Numbered from the stretch's first letter, positions 9,410 to 19,609 are shown. The stretch is 64,000 nucleotides of DNA from Gemmatimonadota bacterium (GCA_039589315.1 JBDHHQ010000005.1:69547-133546), one strand, 5' to 3'. Notes: a model not told the origin generated them from the sequence alone. Program-made: numbers and translations.

Positions 9410-9546
9410 CCAGCCTCCTCACTGTTGTTATTTTGCGGCCTCGAATCTACAGCGTCGCCGGAGACTCGGCAAAGCGATCACACTGGCTGGACGGTGAGTG
9501 GGAGACGGGTCGTGGGAACGTCGCGACGCGCGACAAGCGGAGTACG

Positions 9547-10527
9547 ATGACAACCAGCAGTGACGGCTTCGCGGTGCGCCTTCAAGGCGTGACCAAGCAG
9601 TTCGGGCGGCACGTGGCCGTGTCGGAGCTGGACCTCGAGATCCCGCGGGGTGCCGTTTACGGACTGCTGGGACCCAACGGATCAGGCAAGACAACGACTA
9701 TCCGGATGATCATGGGGATCCTGCATCCCGACCGGGGACGGGTGGACCTGTTCGGGGGGGATCCGGACGTGACGCGCCGGACCCGGGTGGGCTATTTGCC
9801 CGAGGAGCGGGGCGTATACAAGAAGATGAAGGTCATCGAGTTTCTCGTGTTCCTGGCCGAGATCCGGGGCGTGGATCGTCGCGAGGGAAAGCGGCGGGGC
9901 GCTCATTGGCTGGCGCGGCTGGAGCTGGAGGACTGGGCCGAGAGGAAGCTCGAGGACCTGTCCAAAGGGATGCAACAGAAGGTGCAGTTCATCGCCACCG
10001 TGCTGCATGAGCCCGACCTGCTGATCCTGGACGAACCGTTCAGCGGGCTGGATCCCCTGAATCAGGACGTGCTCGAAGGGATCGTCAGGGAATACCAGGC
10101 AAGCGGGACGACGATCCTCTTCTCCACCCACCTCATGGACCAGGCCGAGCGGCTCTGCGAAAAGGTCTGTCTGATCTCCCAGGCGACCAAGGTCCTGGAC
10201 GGGGACCTCGTCGACCTCAAGCGCGCGGAGGCGGCGGGCGTGGTGGCGGTGCGCTTCGACGGCGACGCCGCATGGCTGACTGGGCCCGACGTCGTCGACG
10301 TGGAGGAGATCGGGGGTGACGTGCACCTCGTCCTCGCCGACGGAGCAGACCACCAGGCGATCCTCCAAAGGGGGATCCGATCCGGGGCACGCATCCACCG
10401 GTTCGAGGTGGTGGAGCCCCGTCTCCACGAGATCTTCGTGCGACACGTCGGAGGCCGGGCGGCATCCTCCTGGCCTGCCGTTACCGACGCGCCGGCCGCT
10501 GCCCCGGGTACGGGAGGCTCGTCGTGA
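9547..10527 (+). CDS. ABC-2 exporter ATP-binding subunit (NatA/YhaQ-like)
   Basis: Walker A GPNGSGKT, signature LSKGMQQK, Walker B LILDEPFSGLDP. Confidence 0.92.
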   Translation: MTTSSDGFAVRLQGVTKQFGRHVAVSELDLEIPRGAVYGLLGPNGSGKTTTIRMIMGILHPDRGRVDLFGGDPDVTRRTRVGYLPEERGVYKKMKVIEFLVFLAEIRGVDRREGKRRGAHWLARLELEDWAERKLEDLSKGMQQKVQFIATVLHEPDLLILDEPFSGLDPLNQDVLEGIVREYQASGTTILFSTHLMDQAERLCEKVCLISQATKVLDGDLVDLKRAEAAGVVAVRFDGDAAWLTGPDVVDVEEIGGDVHLVLADGADHQAILQRGIRSGARIHRFEVVEPRLHEIFVRHVGGRAASSWPAVTDAPAAAPGTGGSS

Positions 10528-11774
10528 CGAGTCCGGTGATCTCGGTGATCCGCCGCGAGTACCTGCAAAGGGTGAGGAGCCGATGGTTCCTCTTCACGAC
10601 CCTGGGCCTTCCGGTGTTGATGTTGGCCCTGGTGCTGGTGCCCGTCCTCATGGGCGAGCGAGATGCGCGGCGGGAGCGCCATCTGGCCATCGTCGACGAG
10701 ACGGGCCAGCTCTTCGACATCGTGGCGCCGCGCCTGGCCTCCGCCGGCTACACGCTGGACACGCTGACACACGGCGCGGCCCCTCGCGACCTGAACGTGC
10801 GCGTGGTGGAGGGTGACCTCGGCGGCTATCTGTGGCTGGACCGGGAGACCCTGGCGAGCGGGCGGGCCCGCTTCGTGGTCAACGAGAGCCCTTCGGCGAT
10901 TCGCCGCTTCGCGGTGGGCCAGATCGTGGCGCGCTCGGCGCTGGACGCCCGGCTGAACGGTACCGATGTGGCTGCCGACCTCGCCGTGCTGCTGGAGGAG
11001 TCCGAGCTGGACGTGCAGACGCTGGGTGGCGACGGGATCGACGACGACATGCCCGCATTCCTGCGCGCGTTCACGGGCACCTTCTTTCTCTACTTCGTCA
11101 TCTTCTTCTATGGGATCGCCGTGCTCCGGTCCGTCCTCGAGGAGAAGACAGGCCGCATCGTGGAAGTCATCGTGTCCTCCATGAAGCCGTGGCAGCTGAT
11201 GTTGGGGAAGATACTGGGTGTGGGCGCCGTGGGGCTCACTCAGCTGGGCGTGTGGCTCGGCTCGGCGGTGGTGATGATGCTCCTGGCGGCGCCCAGCGCC
11301 GTCGCCTTCCTGCCCGAGGGCGCCACGCTGACCGACTTGAAGGAGCTCCTCCCCGACGCACGCCTGCTGGCGGTGTTCGCCTCGCTATTCCTCGCGGGCT
11401 ACTTCCTGTACGCCGGCCTGTTCGCCGCCGTGGGCGCCATGTGCTCGACTGAAGAGGAGGCGCAACAGGCCCAGTTCCCTGTCATGATGCTGTTGGTGGT
11501 GCCCTTCGTGATGGTGACCGCTGCGATCCAGAGTCCCCATGCACCCCTGTGGGTGGGCCTCTCCCTGGTGCCGTTCTTCAGCCCGATCCTGATGTATGCC
11601 CGGGCAGCGGCCGGGGCGGCCGCGACGTGGGAGATCGTGCTGAGCCTGGTGCTCATGGGACTTACGACCCTGGCGGTCGCGTGGGTGGCCGGCAGGATCT
11701 ACAAGGTGGGGATCCTGATGCAGGGCAAGCGTCCGACCCTGCCCGAGCTCGTGCGCTGGGTGCGGGAGGCCTGA
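10524..11774 (+). CDS. ABC-2 exporter permease (NatB/YhaP-like)
   Basis: Motifs IRREYL, EEKTGRIVEVIVSS and GKILG; multiple TM segments; coupled to the ATPase. Confidence 0.88.
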   Translation: MTSPVISVIRREYLQRVRSRWFLFTTLGLPVLMLALVLVPVLMGERDARRERHLAIVDETGQLFDIVAPRLASAGYTLDTLTHGAAPRDLNVRVVEGDLGGYLWLDRETLASGRARFVVNESPSAIRRFAVGQIVARSALDARLNGTDVAADLAVLLEESELDVQTLGGDGIDDDMPAFLRAFTGTFFLYFVIFFYGIAVLRSVLEEKTGRIVEVIVSSMKPWQLMLGKILGVGAVGLTQLGVWLGSAVVMMLLAAPSAVAFLPEGATLTDLKELLPDARLLAVFASLFLAGYFLYAGLFAAVGAMCSTEEEAQQAQFPVMMLLVVPFVMVTAAIQSPHAPLWVGLSLVPFFSPILMYARAAAGAAATWEIVLSLVLMGLTTLAVAWVAGRIYKVGILMQGKRPTLPELVRWVREA

Positions 11775-11817
11775 GCGGGAGACGTCCGAGCGCCTCCGCC
11801 GGGGCCCGAGCCAACGA

Positions 11818-14037
11818 TCAGGGCTCGATGGCGATCCGGCGGACGATCTCCTGCTCGTCGCCGCTGCCTTCGTCCGTGACCTTGACGTGAATCAGATAGT
11901 CGCCTGGCTCAACGTCCGTCAGCAGTAGGCTGAGGTACTCGGGCACAATGCCCTCGCGCGGTTCGCCGACGCGATCGAACCGGAGGCGGGTGTCCGCATC
12001 GTCCCCCAGTCCCACGAGGTTGCCGAGACTGCGTACCACGGACGAGACCAGCCCCTCGGCCGTCACGTCCTCCACGGTGATCTCCAGCTCGTACCGGGCC
12101 TCTCCGTTCCCGTTCGTGGCGAGCCCATATAGCTCGAAGTAGAGATGGATCTCCTCGAGGGCCCGGAACGAGAGGTCCCTGCTCGCTCCGATCGAGAAGT
12201 CGGTCCAGCGGATGGGCTCGGCGACCCGGGGGGTCACGCCATCGGCTACCACCAGGTCCGAGAGAGACAGGCCGTCCGAACGGAAGCCGGGGACGGGGAG
12301 CAGACCGCGCTCGGTCCCGGCGACCTTGGACTGCCGGGCGAAGGCCTCGATCGAGTAGTCGTAGTCTGCCGGGTAGAGCTCGGTGGCGAACGCGAGATTC
12401 CCACTCGCGTCGGCGGGGATCGAGCTTCGCAGCTCGGCCGTGTCCCGATGCTGAGGCGTGAAGAGGAAGAGCGCGGTCGTGACCGAGTCGCCCTCGAACA
12501 GCAGGAACCGGGAAGGTTCCGCTTCCACATACGCAACGACCTGAGTCAGGTCCGATTCACTCCCCCGGAGCCGGGCGATCTGGTGCGGAACCTCGACCCA
12601 CGTCGTGACGGCGCGCGATCTGAAGACCGTGGCCGACTCGGTCTCGGCGAGCTCGCTGGCGTACGCCTGTGTGTTGGCGGCCTGATCGAACCGGACGCTG
12701 CGGTAGCCGGCCTGGCTGTAGAAGATGAAGCTCGGCGCGTCCACCCTGTAATTCCAGAGGATCCACCGGTCCGCGGTCCCGGAGGCCAGTCGCGTCGAGG
12801 TGTTGATGGCCCAGATCCTCCGGGGCGGACCGTAACGGACGTAGACCAAGCCCCGGTCGCTTTCCCACCCCCTCATGCCGAGCTCAGGGGCACCGAAGTT
12901 GAGCTCGGCAAAGGCCACCCGGGCCACGTGCTCCATCCATCGTTCGTTGCCGGGGACCAGGTAGAGCGGGTCCGACTTGGCCCAGAGCACGTCGGCGTAT
13001 TGGCGCTTGCCGACGTCGCCCAGGCCGGCATAAGCGGTCCGCTGGCTCCGCTGCAGCAGGGCCGAGACGTCCTCGAAGGCGATCCGCTCGCTGGGAGGCA
13101 TGAGGGCCAACCCACGCTCGAAGGACCGGTGGGCGTCCTCCCACTGCGCGCTTTCGTACAGCGCCAGGCCCTCGAAGACCCAGGGGTACGGTCGGCCCGG
13201 ATAGAGGTCCACGAGCTCCGCTGCGACTTCACGGAACTCCTCGGTTCTGCCGAGACGCAGGTAGAGCGCCATCAGACCGCGGGCGGCGGGCTCGAAGCCG
13301 GGATCGTAGGCGAGAGCCGTTCGGTATTGCTCCTCGATGCGGGGTGGATGGGTTTCGGCTCGATCGCTAGCCGGGTTCGCCACCTCCTCGAAAAGGAGAT
13401 TGAAGTCCCGGGCCCGCGTGTAGTTGTAGCAAAAGAACGCCACGCCGGCGGGACAGAATGCCCCGGAGCTCGTGCCGCCCAGGGGGTCGGCCGAAGCCTC
13501 GCCGAACTCCCGACGGCTCGGTGGCAGGAAGACGAGATGCTCGTAATCCGCCAACTCCTCCTCGAGGATGCGCCCCAACTCGTAATGGGCGTGCGCGGCG
13601 GCTCCGGGATCGAGGGCATCCGCGCGGTCCGGGTCCAGCGCCTGCTCCAGGAGCCTACGGGCGTCCACCCGGATGTTCTGCTTTCGCTTGAGGAGGCCCA
13701 TCTCCAACAACACCGCCCGATCGCCGTCCCGCAGGTCGAAGGCTCGCTCCAGGAGTGCCTCCGCCTCCCTCCGTTGAGCGAACTCCGTCTCGTTGGAGCC
13801 GGCGGTGCGGGTCAGCAGTGTCCCCAGAGCGAACACGGCGTCCTCGTGGTCGTGATCCCGCTCGAGGGCCCGCCGCAGTAGCACGATGGCCGTGGCGGTA
13901 TCGCCACCCTCGGCCATGCGAACCGCGTCCTCGTAGAGCTCATCGGCGGTGAGCTGACGCCCCTGGGCACTCCCGTGGGCTGCCGGGGCGGCGTGGAGCA
14001 CGAGAGCGAAAAGGACAAGGCTGGTTGTCCGACCCAT
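11818..14037 (-). CDS. Secreted TPR- and GWxTD-domain protein
   Basis: Signal peptide, TPR-like helical repeats and the motif GWESDRGLVYVRYGPP. Confidence 0.75.
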   Translation of the reverse strand: MGRTTSLVLFALVLHAAPAAHGSAQGRQLTADELYEDAVRMAEGGDTATAIVLLRRALERDHDHEDAVFALGTLLTRTAGSNETEFAQRREAEALLERAFDLRDGDRAVLLEMGLLKRKQNIRVDARRLLEQALDPDRADALDPGAAAHAHYELGRILEEELADYEHLVFLPPSRREFGEASADPLGGTSSGAFCPAGVAFFCYNYTRARDFNLLFEEVANPASDRAETHPPRIEEQYRTALAYDPGFEPAARGLMALYLRLGRTEEFREVAAELVDLYPGRPYPWVFEGLALYESAQWEDAHRSFERGLALMPPSERIAFEDVSALLQRSQRTAYAGLGDVGKRQYADVLWAKSDPLYLVPGNERWMEHVARVAFAELNFGAPELGMRGWESDRGLVYVRYGPPRRIWAINTSTRLASGTADRWILWNYRVDAPSFIFYSQAGYRSVRFDQAANTQAYASELAETESATVFRSRAVTTWVEVPHQIARLRGSESDLTQVVAYVEAEPSRFLLFEGDSVTTALFLFTPQHRDTAELRSSIPADASGNLAFATELYPADYDYSIEAFARQSKVAGTERGLLPVPGFRSDGLSLSDLVVADGVTPRVAEPIRWTDFSIGASRDLSFRALEEIHLYFELYGLATNGNGEARYELEITVEDVTAEGLVSSVVRSLGNLVGLGDDADTRLRFDRVGEPREGIVPEYLSLLLTDVEPGDYLIHVKVTDEGSGDEQEIVRRIAIEP

Positions 14038-14120
14038 AGCGCGGAGGACTCCGACGGAGGTGTCTTCGCGATCGTCCTACACGAGCCCCGAGTCGAGAGG
14101 TCCGGGGCGGGAGCGGCGGA

Positions 14121-14426
14121 TCAGTCCGGGTCGGGCAGGGCCGACCGCAGGAGGGCAACCAGCTGGTGGTCCGTGAAGCTCCGCGCCCGTCTCATGGCCT
14201 CCTCGTAGGTCGGCTCGATGACGATGGTGGCCGTGTGAACGGGCGCCTCGCCCTCGTTGGCGTCGGCCGCTTCGAAGCGGAGCCGGGCCCGGCTCGCGCC
14301 CCCCCAGGACGGGTCCTCCTCGAATTCCATGTGAACCTCCCAGAACCGGCCCTCGTGGCTGACGGTGGCCAGGTGCTGGACTCGGGGCGAGCCGGAATCC
14401 GGAATCTCTGGAGGTTGGCCTTCCAT
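14121..14426 (-). CDS. Hypothetical protein (about 101 aa)
   Basis: Globular-looking sequence HLATVSHEGRFWEVHMEF...HQLVALLRS; GGAGG upstream; start uncertain. Confidence 0.6.
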   Translation of the reverse strand: MEGQPPEIPDSGSPRVQHLATVSHEGRFWEVHMEFEEDPSWGGASRARLRFEAADANEGEAPVHTATIVIEPTYEEAMRRARSFTDHQLVALLRSALPDPD

Positions 14427-14510
14427 GGGCAACAAGTAACCTCCCGGACCATCCTGCGAAAGCATGTGATCGGCACGATCCGGGGGCCGCTCGGGAGGCC
14501 CCGACCGACG

Positions 14511-14540
14511 TTGACAGCCCCATGGGACCCTCTCTAACTT
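14511..14540 (+). promoter_or_regulatory. Putative sigma-70 promoter of the act operon
   Basis: TTGACA-N18-TAACTT, 71 nt upstream of actA. Confidence 0.55.
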
Positions 14541-14611
14541 CCGGCCCGCCAAAACGATGATCTGGCCCGCGCTACGGGCCAAAACCCGATTCTCCCGAGC
14601 AACGCCTCGCT

Positions 14612-15169
14612 ATGAAGAAGCCATGGCTGGTCCTGGCGCTGGCCGGAGCCACCCTGACGGGCACGCTCGCTTTCGTGGGCGCGCAGAACAGCGAAGCAGG
14701 CCAGGAACCAGAAACTACATCCGTGGCGGCCTCCTCGTCCGAACAGCCCGTCGCTTTTCCCCACAACACCCACGCCGGCTCAGGCGAGGGGCAGTTCGGC
14801 ATCGACTGTCAATACTGCCACTTCTCCGCCGAGCGCTCAGTGGACGCTGGGATCCCGCCCGTGGCCAGCTGCATGGGTTGTCATAGCATGATCCCCGGGA
14901 GGAACAACCCGGAGGAAGTCACCAAGGTACGGGAGTACTTCCAGAACCAGGAGCCCATTCCCTGGCTCCGGATCTACAAGGTGGCCGACCATGTGCATTA
15001 CCCCCACATGCGGCACATCGCAGCGGGCCTAGAGTGCCAGCAGTGCCACGGCGAGGTGCAGGAGATGGGGGTCATTCAAGAGGTGAACCAGACGCTGAGC
15101 ATGGGATGGTGCATCAGCTGCCACCTGGAGCGAGAGGCGGCGGTGGACTGCACCGTTTGTCACTACTGA
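14612..15169 (+). CDS. actA: Alternative complex III pentaheme cytochrome c subunit
   Basis: N-terminal TM segment and five CxxCH motifs (CQYCH, CMGCH, CQQCH, CISCH, CTVCH); first gene of the act operon. Confidence 0.88.
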   Translation: MKKPWLVLALAGATLTGTLAFVGAQNSEAGQEPETTSVAASSSEQPVAFPHNTHAGSGEGQFGIDCQYCHFSAERSVDAGIPPVASCMGCHSMIPGRNNPEEVTKVREYFQNQEPIPWLRIYKVADHVHYPHMRHIAAGLECQQCHGEVQEMGVIQEVNQTLSMGWCISCHLEREAAVDCTVCHY

Positions 15170-15209
15170 TCCCGGCCAGATCCGGTTACCCGACCAGGAA
15201 AGAACCCGG

Positions 15210-18200
15210 ATGCGTGACGGCATAAAGAGACGAGACTTCCTCAAGGTCCTGGGCGCCAGCGGCGCAGGGGCGGGCCTCGTCGGCTGTAGCACCGAGGACG
15301 TCGAGCGGCTGCTCCCCTACGTCGTGCCGCCCGAGGAGATCACCCCCGGAGTGGCGACGTGGTATGCGTCCGTATGCGGTGAGTGCGCGGCCGGTTGCGG
15401 AATCTGGGTGCGGACGCGCGAAGGCCGGGCCGTCAAGATCGAAGGCAACCCGGCGCATCCGGTGGCCCACGGCGGCCTCTGCTCCCGGGGGCACGCGTCG
15501 CTCCAAGGGCTCTACAACCCCGACAGGTTCGCCGGCCCGATGGTGCGCGACGGCGCGAGCCTTCGGCAGATCTCGTGGGAAGAGGCCGAGGGCATGCTCG
15601 CCGCTCGGCTCCAGAGCGCCGGCGGGGACGTCCTGCTGCTTCACGGCCGCGCGGGGCCGACGCTCCGTGACGTGATGGACAGCTTCGTGACGGCTGCCGG
15701 GGGAACCCGCGTGGAGTTCGACGGGCTCGCGGACGAGCCCCTGCGCGAGGCGGCCCGCATCGCCCTGGGCCGAGACGTCATCCCGGTCTTCGATTTCGAG
15801 TCTGCCCGCTTCGTGGTCTCATTCGGAGCCGACTTCCTCGATACCTGGCTTTCGCCGGCCGGGAACGGACGGGGGTTCGCGCGCATGAGCGGCGTGGATG
15901 ACCACGGCTCGAAGGGTGAGTTCGTGTTCGTGGGCCCGCGCCTCTCCTTGACCGGGCTCAATGCGGACGAATGGGTGCCCATCAACCCGGGATCCGAGGG
16001 TCTGGTGGCGTTGGCCATGGCCAATGTGATCGCTGCGGACGGCGCCGGCGCCGGCCCCTACGCCGACGTCCTGAGCGCCCACGATCCCTCGACGGTCGCG
16101 GGCGCCACGGGCATCTCGGCCGAGACGATCGAGGACTTGGCCAACCGGTTCGTCGCCAACGCTCCCAGTCTGGCCGTAGGACCGGGCGTGGCCGGTCAGC
16201 ACCGCGGCGCCACCGCCGCCAACCTGGCGGTGCTGGTGCTGAACGCCGTGGCCGGGAACGTGGGGCGGACCCTGCACGTGCAGGGCGGCGGCCAGTCCTC
16301 GCCGTCCGGATCCTACGCCCGTGTGGAGGCCGCTATCGCCGCGATGTCGTCCGGCTCCGTGGGCGTGGCCATGGTCCACGGCGTCAATCCGGCGTATTCG
16401 CTCCCGACCGCGTCCGGCTTCGCCGGGGCGTTCGGAGGCGTGGGCTTCAAGGTGTCCTTCGCCTCGGCCATGGACGAGACGGCGGCCCTCGCGGACCTGA
16501 TCCTGCCGGACGCCCACACGCTCGAAGCCTGGGGTGACTCCAACCCCCGCCCGGGCGTGTTCGCGATCCAGCAGCCGGTCATGCAGCCGGTTCCGCACTT
16601 CGATTCGAAGGCCACGGGCGACGTGCTCCTCTCCGCTTCTGCGGCTGCGGGGCGGGACCTGGGCGCGGCGAACATGCAGGATCACGTCCGGGCACGCTGG
16701 GGACAGCTCCATGAGGCCTCCGGCGCGGCCCAACCGTTCGACGACTGGTGGCGGGCGTCCCTGAAGGCAGGCGTGGTGGAGGTTCCCCTCGCCACGACTG
16801 CGGAGGCGGTGACCCTGCGCTCGCCCGACGCGGCCCTGACCTTCGACGCGCCCGCGCTGGACGGCGACGGGGAGTTCACCCTGCTGGTTTACCCCTCGCC
16901 CCGCTTCGGCGACGGCGAGCACTCGAACCGGCCGTGGCTGCTCGAGCTCCCTGACCCCGTCAGCAAGATAACCTGGCACTCGTGGCTGGAGATACATCCG
17001 GACGCGGCCGCCGGGCTCGGCTTGCGGAATGGCGACATCGTCACCGTGTCCTCGCCTCACGGGTCGCTCGAAGTCCCCGTGTGGACCTACCCGGGTGTCC
17101 GTGCGGACACGGTGGCGCTGGCCATGGGGGGTGGTCACGACGACTTCGGCCGATATGCCACCGGACACGGCGTCAACGCCATGGCTTTGCTGCCCGCCGA
17201 GGCCGAGCAGCTTTCCGGCGGGCTCGTCCGGCTGGGGACGCGGGTCGCCGTGACGCCCACCGGCACCCACCGTCGCCTGGCGACCATCGAGGGCTCCGAC
17301 AGCCAGAGCAACCGCCCCATCGCGCCGGCGGTGGCCCTGGCAGACCTCGGCCACGCCGAGGAGGAGGGGGCCGAAGAGGGCGGTCATGGGCAGCACATGG
17401 AGATCCAGGAGGGTGGCGGCTTCGTGCCGGTGCCCACCGACGGCCTCCCCCAGGACTACCCCCTGGCTGGCCAGGAGTACGGCGGATATGCCGATGACCA
17501 CCCCCGCTGGGCCATGGCCATCGACCTGGACAAGTGCACGGGGTGCAGCGCGTGTGTCGTGGCCTGCCAGTCCGAGAACAACGTGCCCTGGGTAGGGGAG
17601 GACCAGGTCCTCATGGGCCGCGACATGGGCTGGATGCGGATCGAGCGATACTACGACCACGTGGACGCGACGCACGCCGGCCACTTGGACGTCCGCTTCC
17701 TGCCCATGCTGTGCCAGCACTGCAACAACGCCCCCTGCGAGCCGGTCTGCCCGGTCTTCGCAGCGTACCACACGCCCGACGGCCTGAACGGTCAGGTCTA
17801 CAACCGCTGCGTGGGAACGCGGTATTGCGCCAACAACTGCCCCTACAAGGTCCGGGTCTTCAACTGGTACCGGTACACGGACCAGATCCCGGAGCCCATG
17901 AACTGGCAGTTCAATCCGGATGTCACGGTTCGGGACAACGGTGTCATGGAGAAGTGCTCGTTCTGCGTGCAGCGCATCCGCGAGTCCCAGAACCGAGCCG
18001 TGCTCGAGGGCCGTGAGGTTCACGACGGTGAGGTCGTCCCCGCCTGCCAGCAGAGCTGCCCAGCCGAGGCGATCGTGTTCGGCAACATCAAGGACTCGAG
18101 CTCCCGCGTGGCGCGCGTGTCCGAAAACGAGCGGACCTATCGGGTCTTCGACGCATTCATCAACACGCAGCCCGCGGTGACTTATCTCAAGAAGGTGACC

Positions 18201-18233
18201 TTCCACGAGGTCTCCGACGGAGGGCACGGCTGA
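15210..18233 (+). CDS. actB: Alternative complex III subunit B (Tat-exported molybdopterin-oxidoreductase-like domain fused to an Fe-S domain)
   Basis: KRRDFLK Tat motif, REGRAVKIEGNP, and ferredoxin motifs CTGCSACVVAC, CQHCNNAPCEPVCP, CVGTRYCANNCP and CSFC...CQQSCP. Confidence 0.9.
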   Translation: MRDGIKRRDFLKVLGASGAGAGLVGCSTEDVERLLPYVVPPEEITPGVATWYASVCGECAAGCGIWVRTREGRAVKIEGNPAHPVAHGGLCSRGHASLQGLYNPDRFAGPMVRDGASLRQISWEEAEGMLAARLQSAGGDVLLLHGRAGPTLRDVMDSFVTAAGGTRVEFDGLADEPLREAARIALGRDVIPVFDFESARFVVSFGADFLDTWLSPAGNGRGFARMSGVDDHGSKGEFVFVGPRLSLTGLNADEWVPINPGSEGLVALAMANVIAADGAGAGPYADVLSAHDPSTVAGATGISAETIEDLANRFVANAPSLAVGPGVAGQHRGATAANLAVLVLNAVAGNVGRTLHVQGGGQSSPSGSYARVEAAIAAMSSGSVGVAMVHGVNPAYSLPTASGFAGAFGGVGFKVSFASAMDETAALADLILPDAHTLEAWGDSNPRPGVFAIQQPVMQPVPHFDSKATGDVLLSASAAAGRDLGAANMQDHVRARWGQLHEASGAAQPFDDWWRASLKAGVVEVPLATTAEAVTLRSPDAALTFDAPALDGDGEFTLLVYPSPRFGDGEHSNRPWLLELPDPVSKITWHSWLEIHPDAAAGLGLRNGDIVTVSSPHGSLEVPVWTYPGVRADTVALAMGGGHDDFGRYATGHGVNAMALLPAEAEQLSGGLVRLGTRVAVTPTGTHRRLATIEGSDSQSNRPIAPAVALADLGHAEEEGAEEGGHGQHMEIQEGGGFVPVPTDGLPQDYPLAGQEYGGYADDHPRWAMAIDLDKCTGCSACVVACQSENNVPWVGEDQVLMGRDMGWMRIERYYDHVDATHAGHLDVRFLPMLCQHCNNAPCEPVCPVFAAYHTPDGLNGQVYNRCVGTRYCANNCPYKVRVFNWYRYTDQIPEPMNWQFNPDVTVRDNGVMEKCSFCVQRIRESQNRAVLEGREVHDGEVVPACQQSCPAEAIVFGNIKDSSSRVARVSENERTYRVFDAFINTQPAVTYLKKVTFHEVSDGGHG

Positions 18234-19609
18234 TGGCCCTCGCGACGGAGCAACCCCGGGGCGCCCTCTCCCATCCCGACGTCCAATCCTACGCTGAGGT
18301 CAACCGCGACATCCTCGCGATCCTGGGCCGGCCCGGGCTCGGATGGTGGGCGCTCTTCTCCGTGGCCGCCGCTGGCGTGCTGCTCTTCTTCGGAAGCTGG
18401 GGCTGGCAGATCTACGCCGGGATCGGCGTGTCGGGCCTCAACAGCCCCATCGGATGGGGCGTCTACATCACCTGCTTCGTCTTCTGGGTCGGCATCGCCC
18501 ACTCCGGGACGCTGATCTCCGCCATCCTCTTCCTGTTCCGGGCGCCGTTCCGCCAGTCCATCTACCGAGCCGCGGAGGCGATGACGGTGTTCGCGGTGAT
18601 GACGGCGGGGCTCTTCCCGTTGGTCCACCTGGGACGGGTCTGGCACGCATACTGGCTGATTCCGTACCCGAACTCCCGGTTCCTCTGGCCGAACTTCCGT
18701 TCGCCTCTGGTCTGGGACGTCTTCGCGGTCACGACCTATTTCACGGTCTCGGCGGTCTTCTTCTACCTGGGCACGATCCCCGACCTGGCCGCTGCCCGTG
18801 ACGCGGCCACCGGCCTGAGAAAGAAGCTGTACCAGGTCACGGCGCTGGGTTGGCGGGGAACGGACCGGGAATGGCACCACTTCGGCAAGGCGTACATCTT
18901 CCTGGCGGCTCTGGCGACGCCGCTGGTGCTCTCGGTGCATTCGGTGGTGTCCTGGGACTTCGCCATGTCCATCGTGCCCGGCTGGCACGCCACGATCTTC
19001 GCACCGTACTTCGTGGCGGGTGCCATCTTCTCGGGTGTGGGCATGGTCATCACGCTCGTCGTGCCGCTCAGGAGGGTGTTCCATCTGGAGCACTACCTGA
19101 CGGTCAAGCACTTCGACGCGATGGCCAAGCTGTGCCTGCTCACCTCGATGATCGTGTTCTACGCCTACGTGACCGAATACTTCATGGCGTGGTACAGCGG
19201 CGAGGAGGTCGAGAGAGCTGCCTTCTGGCACCGGGCCTTCGGCCACTACTGGTGGGCCAACTGGATCATGCTGATCTGTAACGGCATGGTGCCGCAGATG
19301 TTGTGGTTCAAACGGGTGCGGCACTCGATTCCGGCTCTGTTCGTCATCTCCATCTTCATCAACATCGGGATGTGGTTCGAGCGCTTCGTCATCTTCGTGA
19401 CGTCGCTGCACCACGAGTACGAGCCTTTCGCCTGGGGCGTGTATCGGCCGTCCCTGACCGAGATGGGTATCCTGGTTGGGAGCTTCTGTTGGTTCGGCTT
19501 CTGGTTCTTGCTCTTCACCCGAATCCTGCCGCCCGTGGCCATCGCCGAGCTGAAGGAAGTGCTCCCACCGCCCCTACGCGGACGGACGAGGGAAGGAGCG
19601 GCGTCATGA
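18233..19609 (+). CDS. actC: Alternative complex III NrfD-type quinol-binding membrane subunit
   Basis: Motifs FVFWVGIAHSGTLISAIL, RAAEAMT, NFRSPLVWD and SVHSVVSWDFA. Confidence 0.92.
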   Translation: MALATEQPRGALSHPDVQSYAEVNRDILAILGRPGLGWWALFSVAAAGVLLFFGSWGWQIYAGIGVSGLNSPIGWGVYITCFVFWVGIAHSGTLISAILFLFRAPFRQSIYRAAEAMTVFAVMTAGLFPLVHLGRVWHAYWLIPYPNSRFLWPNFRSPLVWDVFAVTTYFTVSAVFFYLGTIPDLAAARDAATGLRKKLYQVTALGWRGTDREWHHFGKAYIFLAALATPLVLSVHSVVSWDFAMSIVPGWHATIFAPYFVAGAIFSGVGMVITLVVPLRRVFHLEHYLTVKHFDAMAKLCLLTSMIVFYAYVTEYFMAWYSGEEVERAAFWHRAFGHYWWANWIMLICNGMVPQMLWFKRVRHSIPALFVISIFINIGMWFERFVIFVTSLHHEYEPFAWGVYRPSLTEMGILVGSFCWFGFWFLLFTRILPPVAIAELKEVLPPPLRGRTREGAAS

